Under the pieces are notes generated by a model. That model was not told the DNA's origin. It did no database searches and saw nothing but the letters and a program-made list of their open reading frames with translations. The translations under genes were made by a program, and so were the position numbers. A stretch of DNA of 59,644 nucleotides, the filler included, from Catajapyx aquilonaris (Eukaryota): NCBI GenBank assembly GCA_000934665.2. It is 2 parts of 2 records of this genome, joined end to end, with 100 filler letters (N's around TTAATTAATTAA, not from the genome) between each part and the next. Parts side by side here need not be neighbours in the genome. Positions count along the whole stretch, not along the records: positions 1 to 29,876 come from JYFJ02004753.1; 1 more part is not named here. The stretch is one strand, 5' to 3'. Within the stretch, counting starts at the first letter, position 1. Every line of letters starts with the position of its first letter. Of this stretch, positions 1 to 13,150 are shown one piece after another.

Positions 1-61
1 GAGATAAAGGAAGTTAACGACGGGCTATTGAATATTTGTCGGGCAAGTAGCTCTCTTTTTA

Positions 62-127
<66 letters not shown>

Positions 128-1279
128 CTCATAGAAAGCCCTAAGAGAGCACAAGAAAAGAGATGTAAGCGACGATCCCGCTGATTTCATGGACGTGTAT
201 TTGAAGAGGATTAGAGAGGAGAAGGGCCCTGATTCCAGCTTCTTCCAGAGCGAGGGAGGCAAGTACAACACCTTGGCCCTTGACACGTGCAGCCGTGCAG
301 GGCATACTTGTACTGTTCAATACAACCCATGAATTGGAGAGATATAAGGTGAGAGGCATGTCATGACGACGAGCCATCACAGACTCAACCCGTCACATGT
401 AATCAGGAACATGTTTCATTGCATTGTGTACAAAACATTCTTGGGATAAATATAAATAGCCTACGCGAGTATGTAATAATTGAGCACTGTGTGTTGCAGA
501 AAATTCACTGATGATTGTGATGGCTGACTTAGTTGACGCTGGTTCTGACACATCAAGCAGCACCCTGTACTGGTTGTTCCTGTTCATGATCCTTCACCCA
601 GACAAGCAGCGGAAGGTGCAGAAGGAGATAGACCAAGTGATCGGACGGTCCAGACTCCCTTCCCTGCTGGACAGGTCCAACATGCCATACACGGAGGCAG
701 TCATCAACGAAACACTGCGTCACCAGGTCCTTCTTCCGCTGGGTCTCTTCCACGAAGTCATAGAGGACATGGGTAAGGACATGCTCATCACGTGCGAAGT
801 ATAAAAGAGGACATACCTGTAATTGACCATTGGTTATAACTACAGAGCTGAAGGGTCACCGCCTCCCCAAAGGAACGGTGGTGATTCCGAACATGTACGC
901 GTCCCAGAGGGACCCCAGGGTGTGGGACAGTCCCGAGGAGTTCCGTCCGGAGAGGTTCCTTCCTCCTCCAGAGGGACAGGGAAAGGGGCAGGACACGCAC
1001 GGGGCCTTCGGAACCGGTGAGGAACATTTTCACACGCTCTCTCCTGGAGCTATACATCACTCTGCATTCATTCTACTCATTCTCATGACTCTGTCCACAG
1101 GTAAGCGTGTCTGCTTGGGGGAGACCCTGGCCAGGGCGGAACTTTTCCTCTTCTTCACCGGTCTCCTGCAGAACTTCACCTTCGCCTACCCTGCAGAAGA
1201 TGGGCCGCCCACAACCAAACCGTCCATCGGCTTCACCAGACAAGCCAGACCCTACAAGGTTGTCCTGCAGGAGAGATAA
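1..1279 (+). CDS. Cytochrome P450, CYP2 clan, 3' part (5' exons lie outside the window)
   Basis: Spliced exons encode I-helix ADLVDAGSDTSS, K-helix ETLR, PERF and heme motif AFGTG/KRVCLGE; stop at 1277-1279. Confidence 0.93.
62..127. repeat. (AAT)n microsatellite in a P450 intron
   Basis: Uninterrupted AAT run. Confidence 0.95.
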
Positions 1280-2161
1280 CCTGGACATGTGCCTTCTGTG
1301 TCCCCCACCCTCGCTATGTCCATCGCGCACTTGATAGTCACAGGTACACTAGATGTAGTAAAAAAAGTTGTGGACAAATGTGCATTATATGTCATGCCAT
1401 CATACAACCACGAGAACTTGAGCAAGGTGAAAGTCAAGGAAAACATCATCGTTACCTTGCTTGCATAATGAATGATGTAATGTGCCACGACACGCTCTTC
1501 CGAAACTATATAATATTGTCATGTAGTAGTATACATCATGGACTATAGCTGCTGTATAGGGTGCCTTGGAATAAATGTTTGTTCTTCAGAGCTTGTGTTA
1601 ATTACTGCCTCTCCTTGAAGTTTACCACATGCCATGGTAGAAACCCAATATCTGTGCATAAGTTAGGGTGCTACTTGTAGATACAATATCAAAAAGAGTA
1701 GTCAGGCTCTGCTTAATGTCGCGCAGAAAATGGCATATCGTGCGCATTTCTAGCATGAACGGTTGTAGAGAGATGAGCCATAAGTAGCCTAATGATATTT
1801 CATTTTATCTCCTCTGACCTATTGACCTATATGACAATATTGAAAATATATTCCTGCCTGTTACGGGTGTCAACGTAAATACATGCTCCAACTTGTGTAC
1901 TAATCGAGGAATGTAGGGAGACAGTATTTATCGTGAAGTGATGTGGAATTGCCTCACTACCTGCATTATCGGACATCATGTGACCATCATCACAAGGACG
2001 AGGAGGGAGGTAATATGTAGTTACGTAATGCTCTCGGCCAAAGCGACTTCGGAGAGGCACTTATATTATATACCCTTGACTGCCTCCCAGGTGTCCTGTC
2101 GCCACCACTGTACCTTCAGCGTTACACGGCAAGAAAGTGCGCTGTGCTGTAGCCAGCAGCC

Positions 2162-5100
2162 ATGATTTGGGAGGCCCTGATATTCGTGGCCACAGTGCTG
2201 ATCTACTATGCCTTCTCCACCATCAGGAGGCCACAGGGATTCCCTCCAGGCCAGTATATACGAGTCATCACGACAACCAAATCATTTTATAGTCAATCGG
2301 CACTATATAATCGTTGGCAGCTAAATATTTTGAGAGCTACTAAAACTAACTGTGGATAAAAATAAGAGCAATTGCTAGCTCGAATAAAGACACTTCCATC
2401 TGAAAACTGTGCAAGACAATCTGTGAAAGTTGCCTATAAAGTATACTGTACCATACTGACACTTTTTGGCATAAGGCTAGTGCCTGTTGTTGCCTGTCAA
2501 TCAGCAATGTATATGTCGTATTAGACTAATTAGAGCTTCCAAGAAGCACTGGAAAACTTCTTTTCTCGCGTATCATGATGAGTTCCAGAGATATCGCCAG
2601 TAGTACCAGGTGATAACATGCAGGTAATCACAAACCGTACAACATTACAGATATAATTATCGTGACAGGATTGCATCATGATTGCATTTTCACTGCATTG
2701 CATCACCCCTTTTTCACTCCGCTTTTTTCTTCACCTAAGTTATACGCTCACCTTGATATCATCTCCCATCAACTTCCCTGTTATTTCTCCCGTAAACCCT
2801 TTTCAGACTAAATAAACACTGTCTTGAACTGAACCCACTTGTGTTTTATGTGTGTGCACCAACCGCTCGGTCACAATATCACGCAGCTTGGCAGCTTATA
2901 ATTATGTACACTATGCGTATGTTAGACTCCAACCTCCAAGGGAACTGATAAAGTGTTGGCTAATAGACCGCTGGGACTAACACAAGTATCTTTAAATATA
3001 GAGCGTTATGTATGTGCTACATACCTGCTCTTTATGAGTGTCAATAACATGTGCACCTGCCAACAGGTCCAACCGGATTGCCGATAGTGGGCTACCTTCC
3101 TTTCATAAAGATTAATGCTCACGTCAAACTTCAGAAAATGGCTCGGAAGTACGGAGACATCATCGGAATGCGCCTCGGACAAAGATGGTGGGTATATATT
3201 ACACTGAGGTTCCTAAAACAGCTGTCTTGCACTCGCTTGCACTGCTGCATATATAGGCACATTATGCACGGTATACACTTTTTTGATGACCAGGGTGGTG
3301 GTTCTGAATGACCAGGAGACGATTAAGGAGGCCTTCAAGGATGACCGGCTGACCGGAAGGCCCCATTTTCCTTTGATTCTGACAAGGTCAGAGGGGAAGA
3401 AGGAAGGAATAGTGTTCTCGGATGGAAGCGAGTGGCACGAGCAGAGGAGGTTCACCATGAGGAACCTGAGGGACTTTGGTTTCGGGAAGAGGTCCATGGA
3501 GGAACACATCAACGCGGAGATAGAGCAGGTCATGGACCAGTTCAGGTGAGTCAGCCCGTATCACCACAATAATGACAAGATCGCACTCACGGTCGCCTAA
3601 TCTTCATCTTGACACATCGTTTCTTTTTGCAGGAAGGAAATCGGAAAGCCGATCGATTTGCGTTTCAAGTTCAACCTGGCGGTCATCAATTCCCTGTGGT
3701 ACATAATGACAGGGGAGAAATTCAGTTACGACGACCCGGAGCTGAAGCAGATCTTTGAAGGCATCTTCGCGTACGTATATAGACTGAATCTGAATTAGCC
3801 TTTGAACTCTCTCTCTCTTTGAAATAAGTAACTGAATGTGAGCTATGTTGTGGGCACCGCGAATTCAAAAGATATAGAGAAAATGTGTGGCACATGCAAA
3901 CAAGATTTTATTCATTTTATTTTCAGGGTGTTTGAAGGAGAGAACGTAACTCTGCAAACCGACCTGTTTTACCCTTATATGATGAAGCTTCGACCCAATT
4001 TGTACCACGTGAATGAAGTGATAGACCTGAACAAGAAGCTATTTGATGTTTGCAGGGCAAGTCGCTTTATTTATTTAGCCACAAAAGCAGAAAAAAGCAG
4101 ATGATGATGATGATGGTGTATTGATTTATTCACAATAGAAAGCCTTAAGAGAGCACAAGAAGAGAGATCAAAGAGACGATCCAGCTGATTTCATGGACGT
4201 GTATTTGAACAGGATCAAAGAGGAGAAGAACCCGGATTCCAGTTTCTTTGAGAACCAAGGAGGTAAGTACAGTATACCGCACGTTCTCTCCTCGAAATGT
4301 GCCGCCATATTTACAATACAATGCTCATGTGGCTCCATAAGTGCACTGCATCATGCGATAAATTGTGGGGAAGTTTTTTTTTTAATTTTACAAAACCACA
4401 CAATCATCAATGCCGACTCTGCACCGTTGGGTTTAACAATAACAAGTGTGTATGTCAGCCAAAAATATTGGTATGTGTTGCAGAGAGGTCGCTGGTGGTG
4501 GTGATGGCCGATTTGTTCGGCGCTGGCTCTGAAACATCAAGCAGCACCCTGTACTGGTTGTTCCTGTTCATGGTCCTTCACCCAGAGAAGCAGCGGAAGG
4601 TGCAGAAGGAGATAGACCAAGTGATCGGACGGTCCAGACTCCCTTCCCTGCTGGACAGGCCCAAGATGCCTTACACGGAGGCAGTCATCAACGAAACACT
4701 GCGTCACGAGGTTCTTCTTCCGCTGGGTCTCTTCCACGAAGTCACAGAGGACATGGGTAAGGACATGCTCACGTGCGAAGTATAAAAGAGGACATACCTG
4801 TAATGAACCATTGGTTATAACTACAGAGCTGGGAGGTCACCGCCTCCCCAAAGGAACGGTGGTGATTCCGAACATGTACGCGTCCCAGAGGGACCCCAGG
4901 GTGTGGGACAGTCCCGAGGAGTTCCGTCCGGAGAGGTTCCTTCCTCCTCCAGAGGGACAGGGAAAGGGGCAGGACACGCACGGGGCCTTCGGAACCGGTG
5001 AGGAACATTTTCACACGCTCTCTCCTGGAGCTATACATCACTCTGCATTCATTCTACTCATTCTCATGACTCTGTCCACAGGTAAGCGTGTCTGCTTGGG

Positions 5101-5260
5101 GGAGACCCTGGCCAGGGCGGAACTCTTCCTTTTCTTCACCGGTCTCCTGCAGAACTTCACTTTCGCCTACCCTGCAGAAGATGGGCCGCCCACAACCAAA
5201 CCGTCCATTGCCTTCACCAGACAAGCCACAAAGTACAGGGTAGTCATCAAGGAGAGATAA
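2162..5260 (+). CDS. Cytochrome P450, CYP2 clan, complete multi-exon gene; tandem paralog of the upstream copy
   Basis: N-terminal anchor MIWEALIFVATVLIYY, PPGP hinge, WHEQRRF C-helix, ADLFGAGSETSS, ETLR, PERF, FGTGKRVCLGE; stop at 5258-5260. Confidence 0.93.
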
Positions 5261-5723
5261 CTTGCACCTCTATGGTCATCCATTTGCCCCCAACCTCTTT
5301 TGTGACAGTACAGCCACCATGACTATAGCTGCTGTAAAATGTACTATTGAATAAAAATGTTCATCACACTGCAGGTTTTGTCATCTACCACTTTTTACTA
5401 TACTGTACGTACGCTCTTCGACGCAACTTTGTGTGTCCAATCACGAGTGAAAGTATTCGACTGACAAGAGTAATGTGGCCAGACTTTTGGTGGTGTGTAA
5501 AAGCTATTTATTTTCCACTAATGTTAATTGCATTGGGCATCATACCTTGTACAAGACTGATCGATTCATCACACTTTGACTGAAGTGAAATTACGCAGAA
5601 AGGATAAGGATAATCTCCCTGGACAAATTTGATCGACATTGACTGTGGTTCTGCGGCTGATGTCTGGCTTCTTGGACGATGGGCATGGATGACCAGAGTA
5701 CAGCCCAGCCAGAGCTCTTAAGT

Positions 5724-8700
5724 CTAAGCGTGGTCTCCTGTCACATGGCGCATGGAGAGGTGGTGTTGTGCCTGCAGGGAGGATGCTGTAGACGGGATTG
5801 AGGCGGTGCTGGTGCGACTGCTGCTTCCTCCGCTGGTGGTGTCTGGCTGGAAGTAGGCTGCCGGCAGTCCTGTGGGCTGCTGGAGGAGGTGTGCTTGTGC
5901 TGGAACCATCATCTGAGGTGGGGTGAATGGGTTGTAGGGATGGGCCTGTTGGTGGTGGAAGAAGGGGGGTGGTGGTGGCGGCGGCGGCGGCCCATACCTC
6001 CCCTGCTGTTGCTGGTGCTGCTGGTTCTGGGCGAAGGGAAATGCAATGAAAGGATTACCGGAAGGTGGTGGTTGTGGTCCCTTTCTGGCTGCTGCTTCTC
6101 CGAGTGGATCCATCATGATCATATTCCGCTGGTTCTGTTGCTGCTGCAGGAAGGGAGGAAGCTGCAGGAAGGGAGGAAGCTGCAGGGGTGGGCGTGCTGA
6201 TGAGGCGATGGGTGCAGGTGGTGCGGAGGCCTGGTTCCCCCCGATCTGCTTTGTTTGGAGATGTGGCATGACGTTGGTCTTGCTGGCGGCATCCTTGGCT
6301 GTCTGGAGCGTGTTCTGGATGACATTGATCCTCTGCATGGCCCACTCGAAGGTGTCGTTCATCTCGCTCCTCAGACTGCGACCCGCGCTGCTGCCTGACG
6401 GGGAAGTGGTCGCCTGAGACCCAGTCGGAGTGCTGTGGTTGCTGCTGCCGCCACTGACTGCACGGGTGGAAGACGTGCTGATGTTGCTTCCGGCCCTGGA
6501 GATGCGTCCAGAATGGTTGCTGCTCAGGGACTCCCTCCGACCCAGGGGGACCATCGCCGGCGCCGTCATGGCCATCACCGCCGCCGCCGTCGCCTTCAAG
6601 GCGCTGGCGCTGCCCCGGCGGAACCCGGCAGACGACGACGACGACGGCGACACCGGCGACCCCAGGAAGATGCTGGACCCCGGACTATGATGCTGCTGCG
6701 GTTGAGGCTGCCATGGCGGGGGCTGCATGTTGCCCATGTGCAACAGAGGGGTCGAAATGGACGGATTGGACGGAACTGAAGGCGGTTTGGCAGCGGTGGG
6801 CGATGAAGCAGCCCCGGCGGTTGTTGCAGAAGGAATCATTGTTGCAGGTGGAGGGGTGGCGGAGGGGAATGAACTGCTCCCCCGGAACAGTTCAGAGCTG
6901 GACGACTTATTTCCCTGGTTGAACAAGCTCATGCTTGGAGGCCTTGGCATCATCAGGTACGACGTCTTCCCAGAGGAGGACACGGAGGACTGCGACGATT
7001 TGCTGCACACAAGGAAACAATGCCATGCAGTCAACATGCATCAGATGCTTGCCCTGATGTACTTACTTTTCGAACGGGTACGAGAAGGTGCCTCCGTCGA
7101 GTGGTGGTGGATGCTGGAATGGAACAGGGGTTGGCGTTCCAGAGGACGACGGTGACACCGATGTTGATGTTGGTGGAAGTGCCGCCTCGCTGGTAGGCAA
7201 GGACAGGATCCGGACGCCCTCTTCGTCGTCGAACTCGCTGATGGCCGCGCTGGTGTTATTCTTCTCGCAGCTGCTGTTGGACAGGGTCGTCCTCACCGCT
7301 TCTTCCGGGTCCGCGGCCGGCAGACCGCACTCCCCCAGCAGGAGGGCGTTGTCCACTCCCTGCAGCCCCTCCCCAGATAGTTGCTTCTCCTCCTCGCCCC
7401 AATCCATAAACGCACGCCCGTAATCAAGGACCAGTGGTGGCTTATCGTCCGATGGATCCTCTTCTCCGTAGGCGCCCTTCCTCAGCAGTCTGGCCCTGCC
7501 AATTACACACCAACACCATGACAGCAACTAGCAGGGCTACACACACACATTGTTCGGGAATGCGAATGAAACAGTTACATTTTGCCTTGTCCCGGATGCA
7601 GCATGGTCCTGAGGAATCTCTGCAGGGTCTCCTCCACTGCCGCGACGGTCTCCTCCCTGAACTTCTTGGCCGCGCTGTCTCCAGAGGACTCCTTGGTCGG
7701 AGGATCCGAGGATGCTGCGGGTGCCTCCTTAGCAACAGCACCCTTGTCACTCTTACCAGTCACCTTCGTGCTGGAACAGAAAAGGCCGGAGAATATGAAA
7801 GTGAAATACCATAGCATCTGACCGTATCATTCAGGGTGGTCCAAAATACACGCTAATGTAGATGCTTATTTTTAACCAGTTGCTGTTGAAGTAACCGAGC
7901 AATTTGCTGCGAAACAACCTTGGACTGGCAAGTATTTTGTATGGCTCTGTGCACTCATACCTCTTCTTATTGCTTATGATTGGTTTCTTCTTGAGTGAGG
8001 ATGGGGTGGGAGATGCCTTCCGGGTGGAAGCAGCAGGAGGGACGATCCTCTTGACTGGGGAAGGGTCCCTGCTGGGCTTGACCACCTCCTCCTTGGTCAC
8101 TTGCTTCTTCTCCTGCTTCATCTTCTTGTCCCCATCTTCACTCGGAGACAGTTCATCCGATGCTGGCTTCTGGCTCCTGTAGTCGTTCCCTTCCCTGTTC
8201 ATCTGACTGAACTGCCAGGAGGCAGCAGCAGATATACGTTTGTCAGATTTGCATGGGAACGCAATTAACACGTCTTTGCCGCAGGTACACTCACCTGGAT
8301 GGCCCTTCCTTTGCAGTTGACCTCGAGCTTCTTGAAGATCTGCTGCCTGATAGCCGCGCTGAGCCTCGGGTTCTGCCTGACGTCGATCACCTCGATAGTC
8401 TTGTTCGCCTCTACAAGGGCCAACAGGCTGCGACCACCCCCGCTGCCCACATCGCAGTTTTGGACGTCCAGAGCTGACGAATAAACCCGACAGATAACAC
8501 ATATTCATGCCAGCGAATGGTGGGGACAAGAGGCGAACCTTTGATCCAAAAGTCATCGTATATCTGTGCTGCCAGAAGCGCGACACCCTGGTCACCGATG
8601 GGGTTGTCGTTGAGCGTGAGTCGCTGCAGTCCTGGGAACCCATCCAGGTCAGGACACTGGTACCGGAGGGTGTCCTTCCACAGCTCAGACTTTCGGAATA

Positions 8701-9587
8701 TAGTCTGCGCCTGAAACGACCCATGGAGCATCATGATAGTACAGTCTATATACAGCCAGACTTGGACATCAAGCAGTACCTGGATGAGTTCTGCCAAGAG
8801 CCCAGCCCCGACTTTGGTGATGCCGCAGTCGGTCAGGTTGAGTGATGTGATGCTGCAGCTGTGTCGAAGCACGGGCGACACATGCTGGCAGATGAGGTCG
8901 CCCTTGTTGCACTTGGTCACTGACAGGTGTCGGAGGGTCGTGTTCTCTTGCAGGCCCTGATGAGGGTGAAGGAAAGATTCGCACATGAAATGCAACAACA
9001 AACAAAACAACGGTGGACGTATACCTCGATGAGGACCGTGATGTGCTTCTCGCTGAAGGGAAGGTTCTCCAGTTCCAAGCAGGTGAGCCTCTGGGTGTTC
9101 TTCAGGCAAATTTTGATCGACTCCGTGAGAGACCTGAGCGTACTCTCGGCCGTCGGCAATGGAAGGCCCTTCATGTGCAGGACCTTCAGGCTCTTGCTGT
9201 TGTTGTCCATCTTGTTGCAAGCCACATACCCGCCTGATCACAAACCCAGCATATTATATGCTCCCTCCTCTAGTATAATAAGGATATCTTACCGTCCTTT
9301 CCCCTGGTGTTCCTGATGGCGATGGACAGAAGGTACTGGTCGCAAGCGATCCCCTTGACGACCGGCGTCCACTCCCGGCTCTTGGCCAGATCGGCCTTGA
9401 AGTCGAGGATCCCCTGACCCAGCAGGCTCTTCATTGGCCTCTGACCCCCGACCTTCAGCTGGGAGCACACCGTCTCGTACGTGTCCTCGAACCTCTTGGA
9501 GCTGGTCCTCTTCCTGAGACCCAGCAGTTGTGTCGAGGTCCTCTTCGCCTCCATCTTCAACTGCCCCTTGTCCATCGTCGTCGACAT
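5724..9587 (-). CDS. CEP78: Centrosomal protein CEP78-like (LRR N-terminus, long low-complexity C-terminus), multi-exon
   Basis: N-terminus FEDTYETVC...GILDFKADLAKSREWTPVV, RI-like LRRs (LNLTDCGITKVGA; GLQRLTLNDNPIGDQGV; DDFWIK; IEVIDVRQNP) resemble CEP78 as recalled. C-terminal exon boundaries are approximate. Confidence 0.8.
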
Positions 9588-9847
9588 CACGCTTATCACG
9601 ACCTCGGGCTAAATACGCGGAGTCATAAAAATGGTGCACCAGAATTTAAACGGCAGAATAGCTTGTGTGCCGCCGGCGAGGTGATGACGTTCGCCAGTCT
9701 TATTTCGATTCAACAATGGTTCGGTTGCCAGGTGCGGGGCAGGCACAACAAACGGATCTTTTTTTGGAATTTAAAAAAAAAAAAACAGTTGGCAACACTG
9801 CTGCTTTTCCTTACATCCGGGGATTGGGAGAGAGAGAGAAAACAAAG

Positions 9848-10512
9848 ATGGCGTCTGTTCGACCCGTTTGGAACGCGCTCTTCCGTCGCCTCGGGGCCGC
9901 CCCTGTGCCGACCCCGCGCCCAGGGCCGCCCCTGCTGGTGCTGCCCACGACCATCCGGCGCCAGCTGACCAACTCGGCCCTCCTGCGCGGCAAACATGAC
10001 GAGCACGACGGAGGACTCCCCTTCGGTGTAAGTTCCAGCAGTGTTCCATTTCTAATCAACCCCCACTGACTCGTCCCCTTCCCGCTTATTTTTAGAACAT
10101 GCCGTTCAGTAACAGGAACCGGTACATCTTCACCCTGATCTACACCGTCTTCTTCGCCTCTGGGTTCGGCATACCGTACCTGCTCCTGCGGTTCCAGCTG
10201 CTCAAAGGAAGCGGGAAGCTCGGAGGAGACCTCCTGTCGGGCGAGGACGACGACGAAGACGGGCCACTCGGACCCATCATCAGGACGGTCAGTATATACA
10301 TGCACCTCTCTTACGAATTTGGAATCATTTTAATGGGGGCAACAATGCCCCCCCCTACACACACACAAATAGTATTCTAAAGCATGGGCAGCTGAAGGGG
10401 AATAGCAAGATAATAAGAGATCTGGTCTTCTTTTCAGCTGAGGGAATGGATGGGTCCATCGCAGAAGGAGAAGTGCCCCATCCATAAGGGCCCCTGCACC
10501 TGTGATAACTGA
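9848..10512 (+). CDS. COX7C: Cytochrome c oxidase subunit 7C with C-terminal extension (exons 9848-10027, 10096-10287, 10438-10512)
   Basis: Arg-rich presequence, then HDGGLPFG|NMPFSNRNRYIFTLIYTVFFASGFGIPYLLLRFQLLK, which matches the COX7C core; GT-AG phase-0 introns. Confidence 0.85.
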
Positions 10513-10661
10513 GAAGAGGACTTTGTTTGTCCCTATATGGGAAAGAAAGAAGAGAAATAAATTTGTGTTGTGTGACATATTGCGTTTTCTTTCCCCTCCC
10601 TCGCTCCCAACCAATGGTTTCCCAGTGCTGTTGCCCAGCAGCAAAAGATTGGTTTGTGTCG

Positions 10662-11915
10662 ATGGACGAGAGGCGTCGTCGTCCTCCACCTTGCGTCCCG
10701 ACGCCGGTGTGGTGGGTTGACGAAGGGGAAGGTGTGGTGTACTTCGAGTGGCGTCTGGTGTCACATCAGTGCCGCTTCCCGCCCCACCGGACCACCCTGT
10801 CCCCGACGCCTATCCTGGCTCCATGCGAACCTCTTGCCTCCAACACCACCTCTCGTTATTCTTCGTGGCTCATTGGCATCTTTCCGTGCAGGAGGAGGCC
10901 AGGAGACGCCAAGCCCTTCCTCGCTCTTTCCTTCCATCTGCGCACAACATCCAGGCCTCTCATCAAGGTACTTATTGTCATTATAATGTCGATTGCAGAC
11001 TGACCGAAATAATTAATTGGGGTGGTCAGGTGTCGGTGCAGGTGTCGGCTTATGACCTGAGAGGTGCGCTGCGAGGTCCATCCGTGTTCTCCACCTGCTC
11101 CCAGATGCGTGCTGGAGACGCCCTGGAATTTCCAGAGTACTCCGACATGGAGAAGATGCTGGTGGACCTTCCAGAGGACACGCTTCTCCTAGAAGGGAGC
11201 ATACAGGTGCATGGGGTCGGATGCGTGGTCACCGTCGATGGATCTGCCCTCGTCCTGACCCGAAGGAAGGCCCTCTCAGGAGCAAGTCCTGTGCTGGCCC
11301 GCATGCTGGAAGAAGACATCACCGACGACGAGGACGAGGACAACAACCCTTGCTCTCACCTGGTCCTCGACCTCCGAAACTGCCACTCCCAGCCGGTCAA
11401 AGCCATCATGGCCCACTTCCTACAAGCTCCTGGTAAGGAACCGCAAAAGGTACCCGCAGGACTGGCCCAGCAACTGCTCGACCTTTCGACCTGCTTCGGA
11501 GCAAGGTCACTCAGGGTCGCCTCAGAGGCCTCTCTGGTCGACAGCATTTCCGTGGAGAACGTGCTCAAGTACTGGAGGTTGGCCTCCAGATGCCAAGCAC
11601 ACACTCTCCAGGTATTGTGCAGGTCCATTTTTCATAATAATTACATTGAATTTTCGTCCCCAGCACTGCTAGCTACTGCTAACTTAGCAGTATACCATTC
11701 CCAACTAAGTTAGCAGTATAACTATAGCAGCGGGACGAAAATTCCTCCCTATAAAATTTTTATTATTTCCGCAAAAATTGCAGGAGAGATGCTCCTGGTA
11801 TATGAAGACTAACTTGGATCTAGTCAAGTCCGAAATATCCAGGGAGGACTATCCGGATCTAATCCGGGCCACCTCCATATCCGGAATTGGGCTCAAGAGG
11901 ACGAGAGTCAGCTAA
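10662..11915 (+). CDS. Divergent MATH-like/BTB (SPOP-like) protein, 3 exons
   Basis: BTB core (RKALSGASPVLARML...LRVASEASLVDSISVENVL); last exon 11784-11915 ends in the basic tail LKRTRVS*; first exon has MATH-like FEW..SWLIGIFP..FLALSFHL. Confidence 0.65.
11648..11744. mobile_element. Short inverted-repeat (MITE-like) element in the BTB gene intron; related copy at about 24300-24368
   Basis: GAATTTTCGTCCC...GGGACGAAAATTC ends with inner TACTGCTAACTTAG/CTAAGTTAGCAGTA; similar sequence near 24300. Confidence 0.55.
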
Positions 11916-12274
11916 GGAGGTGATGGTGATTATGAAGCCATGCACTACGTATAATATACGTTGTATAGAATCAGTGTAAACAATACATCTGCATCACCAT
12001 CATCGTCGTATGCAGTGTCATTCTGCGTTTGACCCGAATGCACATATACTGCTATAGTGTATCAGGGAAAGAGACAAAAATAAGCACAGCACATATCGAC
12101 CGATTCAAACGTGAGTAATCGGCAGGACCACGCGGCCGGAAATTGCCCGTCGCATCCGGTGCAGCAGCGCGTATACTAGGAATAGATAATACTATATAGG
12201 GGGCTACAGAGATAGACCAGCTGGGCTTTGGCTCGGTTTCCTCTCCCTCCATCATCACTTGTCATATCGAGTGC

Positions 12275-13150
12275 ATGATGATGGAGGATGGGACCAGGAT
12301 GGTGTGTCCTCTTCTGCTGATCCTTTTGTATCACTTGGGGTCCACCGCTGGTTTTGGAAACGTTCATCAGCAGGTGAGGATTTTCATAATATACACGTTT
12401 GCTGCCTGGATGTGTACTGTTGATGATGGAGAGCGTTGTTCCGGTGCGACCTGATGCACCACCGTCATATTCAGCCCGAGTTCTGCCGGATTCCAGACGA
12501 CCTTCCGGAGTCATGGAACGACGCACTGACCCGATGCGCCGACGGTACTCACGTGGACGGACAGGACGTGCGACAGGTCATTATTTCACTCAAGTTGAAG
12601 CCGTTAATTTAGTATATTTTATTTTGATGTAGTGCTTGCTGAGGTGCGTCCTGCTGGAATTTGACATGGTGCGTACCTATTATGTTCTGGAGACTTCGCT
12701 TTACTAATGATGAATATACTGGACAGATTGACTCCGAGGGAGACCCCATCGTGTCGAAAGTGGTCGACTCGTTGCTGCCTCCGGACGAGTACCCTTCCTC
12801 CAATGGCTACCTGGCCTCCGTTGCGCAAATGTGCCTCGACACAGGTCAGTCGGTGCTGCTGCAATATACGGATGAAGCATGCGCATCTGATCATTTGCAC
12901 TGTGGCCATCAGTGGAATAATGTTATATTCTGAAGACATTGCCTGCTGGCCTTGATTGTTCCAGCAAAGGAGATGCGTCACCTGCTGACCAACGGATGCA
13001 AGCTAGTCAACTTCATCCCGGCCTGCGTCATGCACGTACTTCCAGACGTACGTATTAAGCCATGGATATTTAAATGACAAACGAAACACTTGAAGTACAC
13101 AACTCCTTTTATTGTTTCCCCTGCAGGAATGTAAACGTGCTGGAAGATGA
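12275..13150 (+). CDS. Secreted 8-Cys odorant-binding-protein-like protein A, 153 aa (exons 12275-12373, 12475-12576, 12633-12668, 12727-12844, 12965-13047, 13127-13150)
   Basis: All introns GT-AG and frame-consistent. Signal peptide then PEFCRIP..ALTRC..QCLLRCVLLEFDMIDSEGDP..MCLDTA..GCKLVNFIPACVMHVLPDECKRAGR; two paralogs in the window. Confidence 0.8.

Noticed and set aside
5889..9316. Plus-strand ORFs over CEP78, and similar antisense ORFs over other genes
   Set aside because: They are shadows of GC-rich coding sequence with no recognisable domains.
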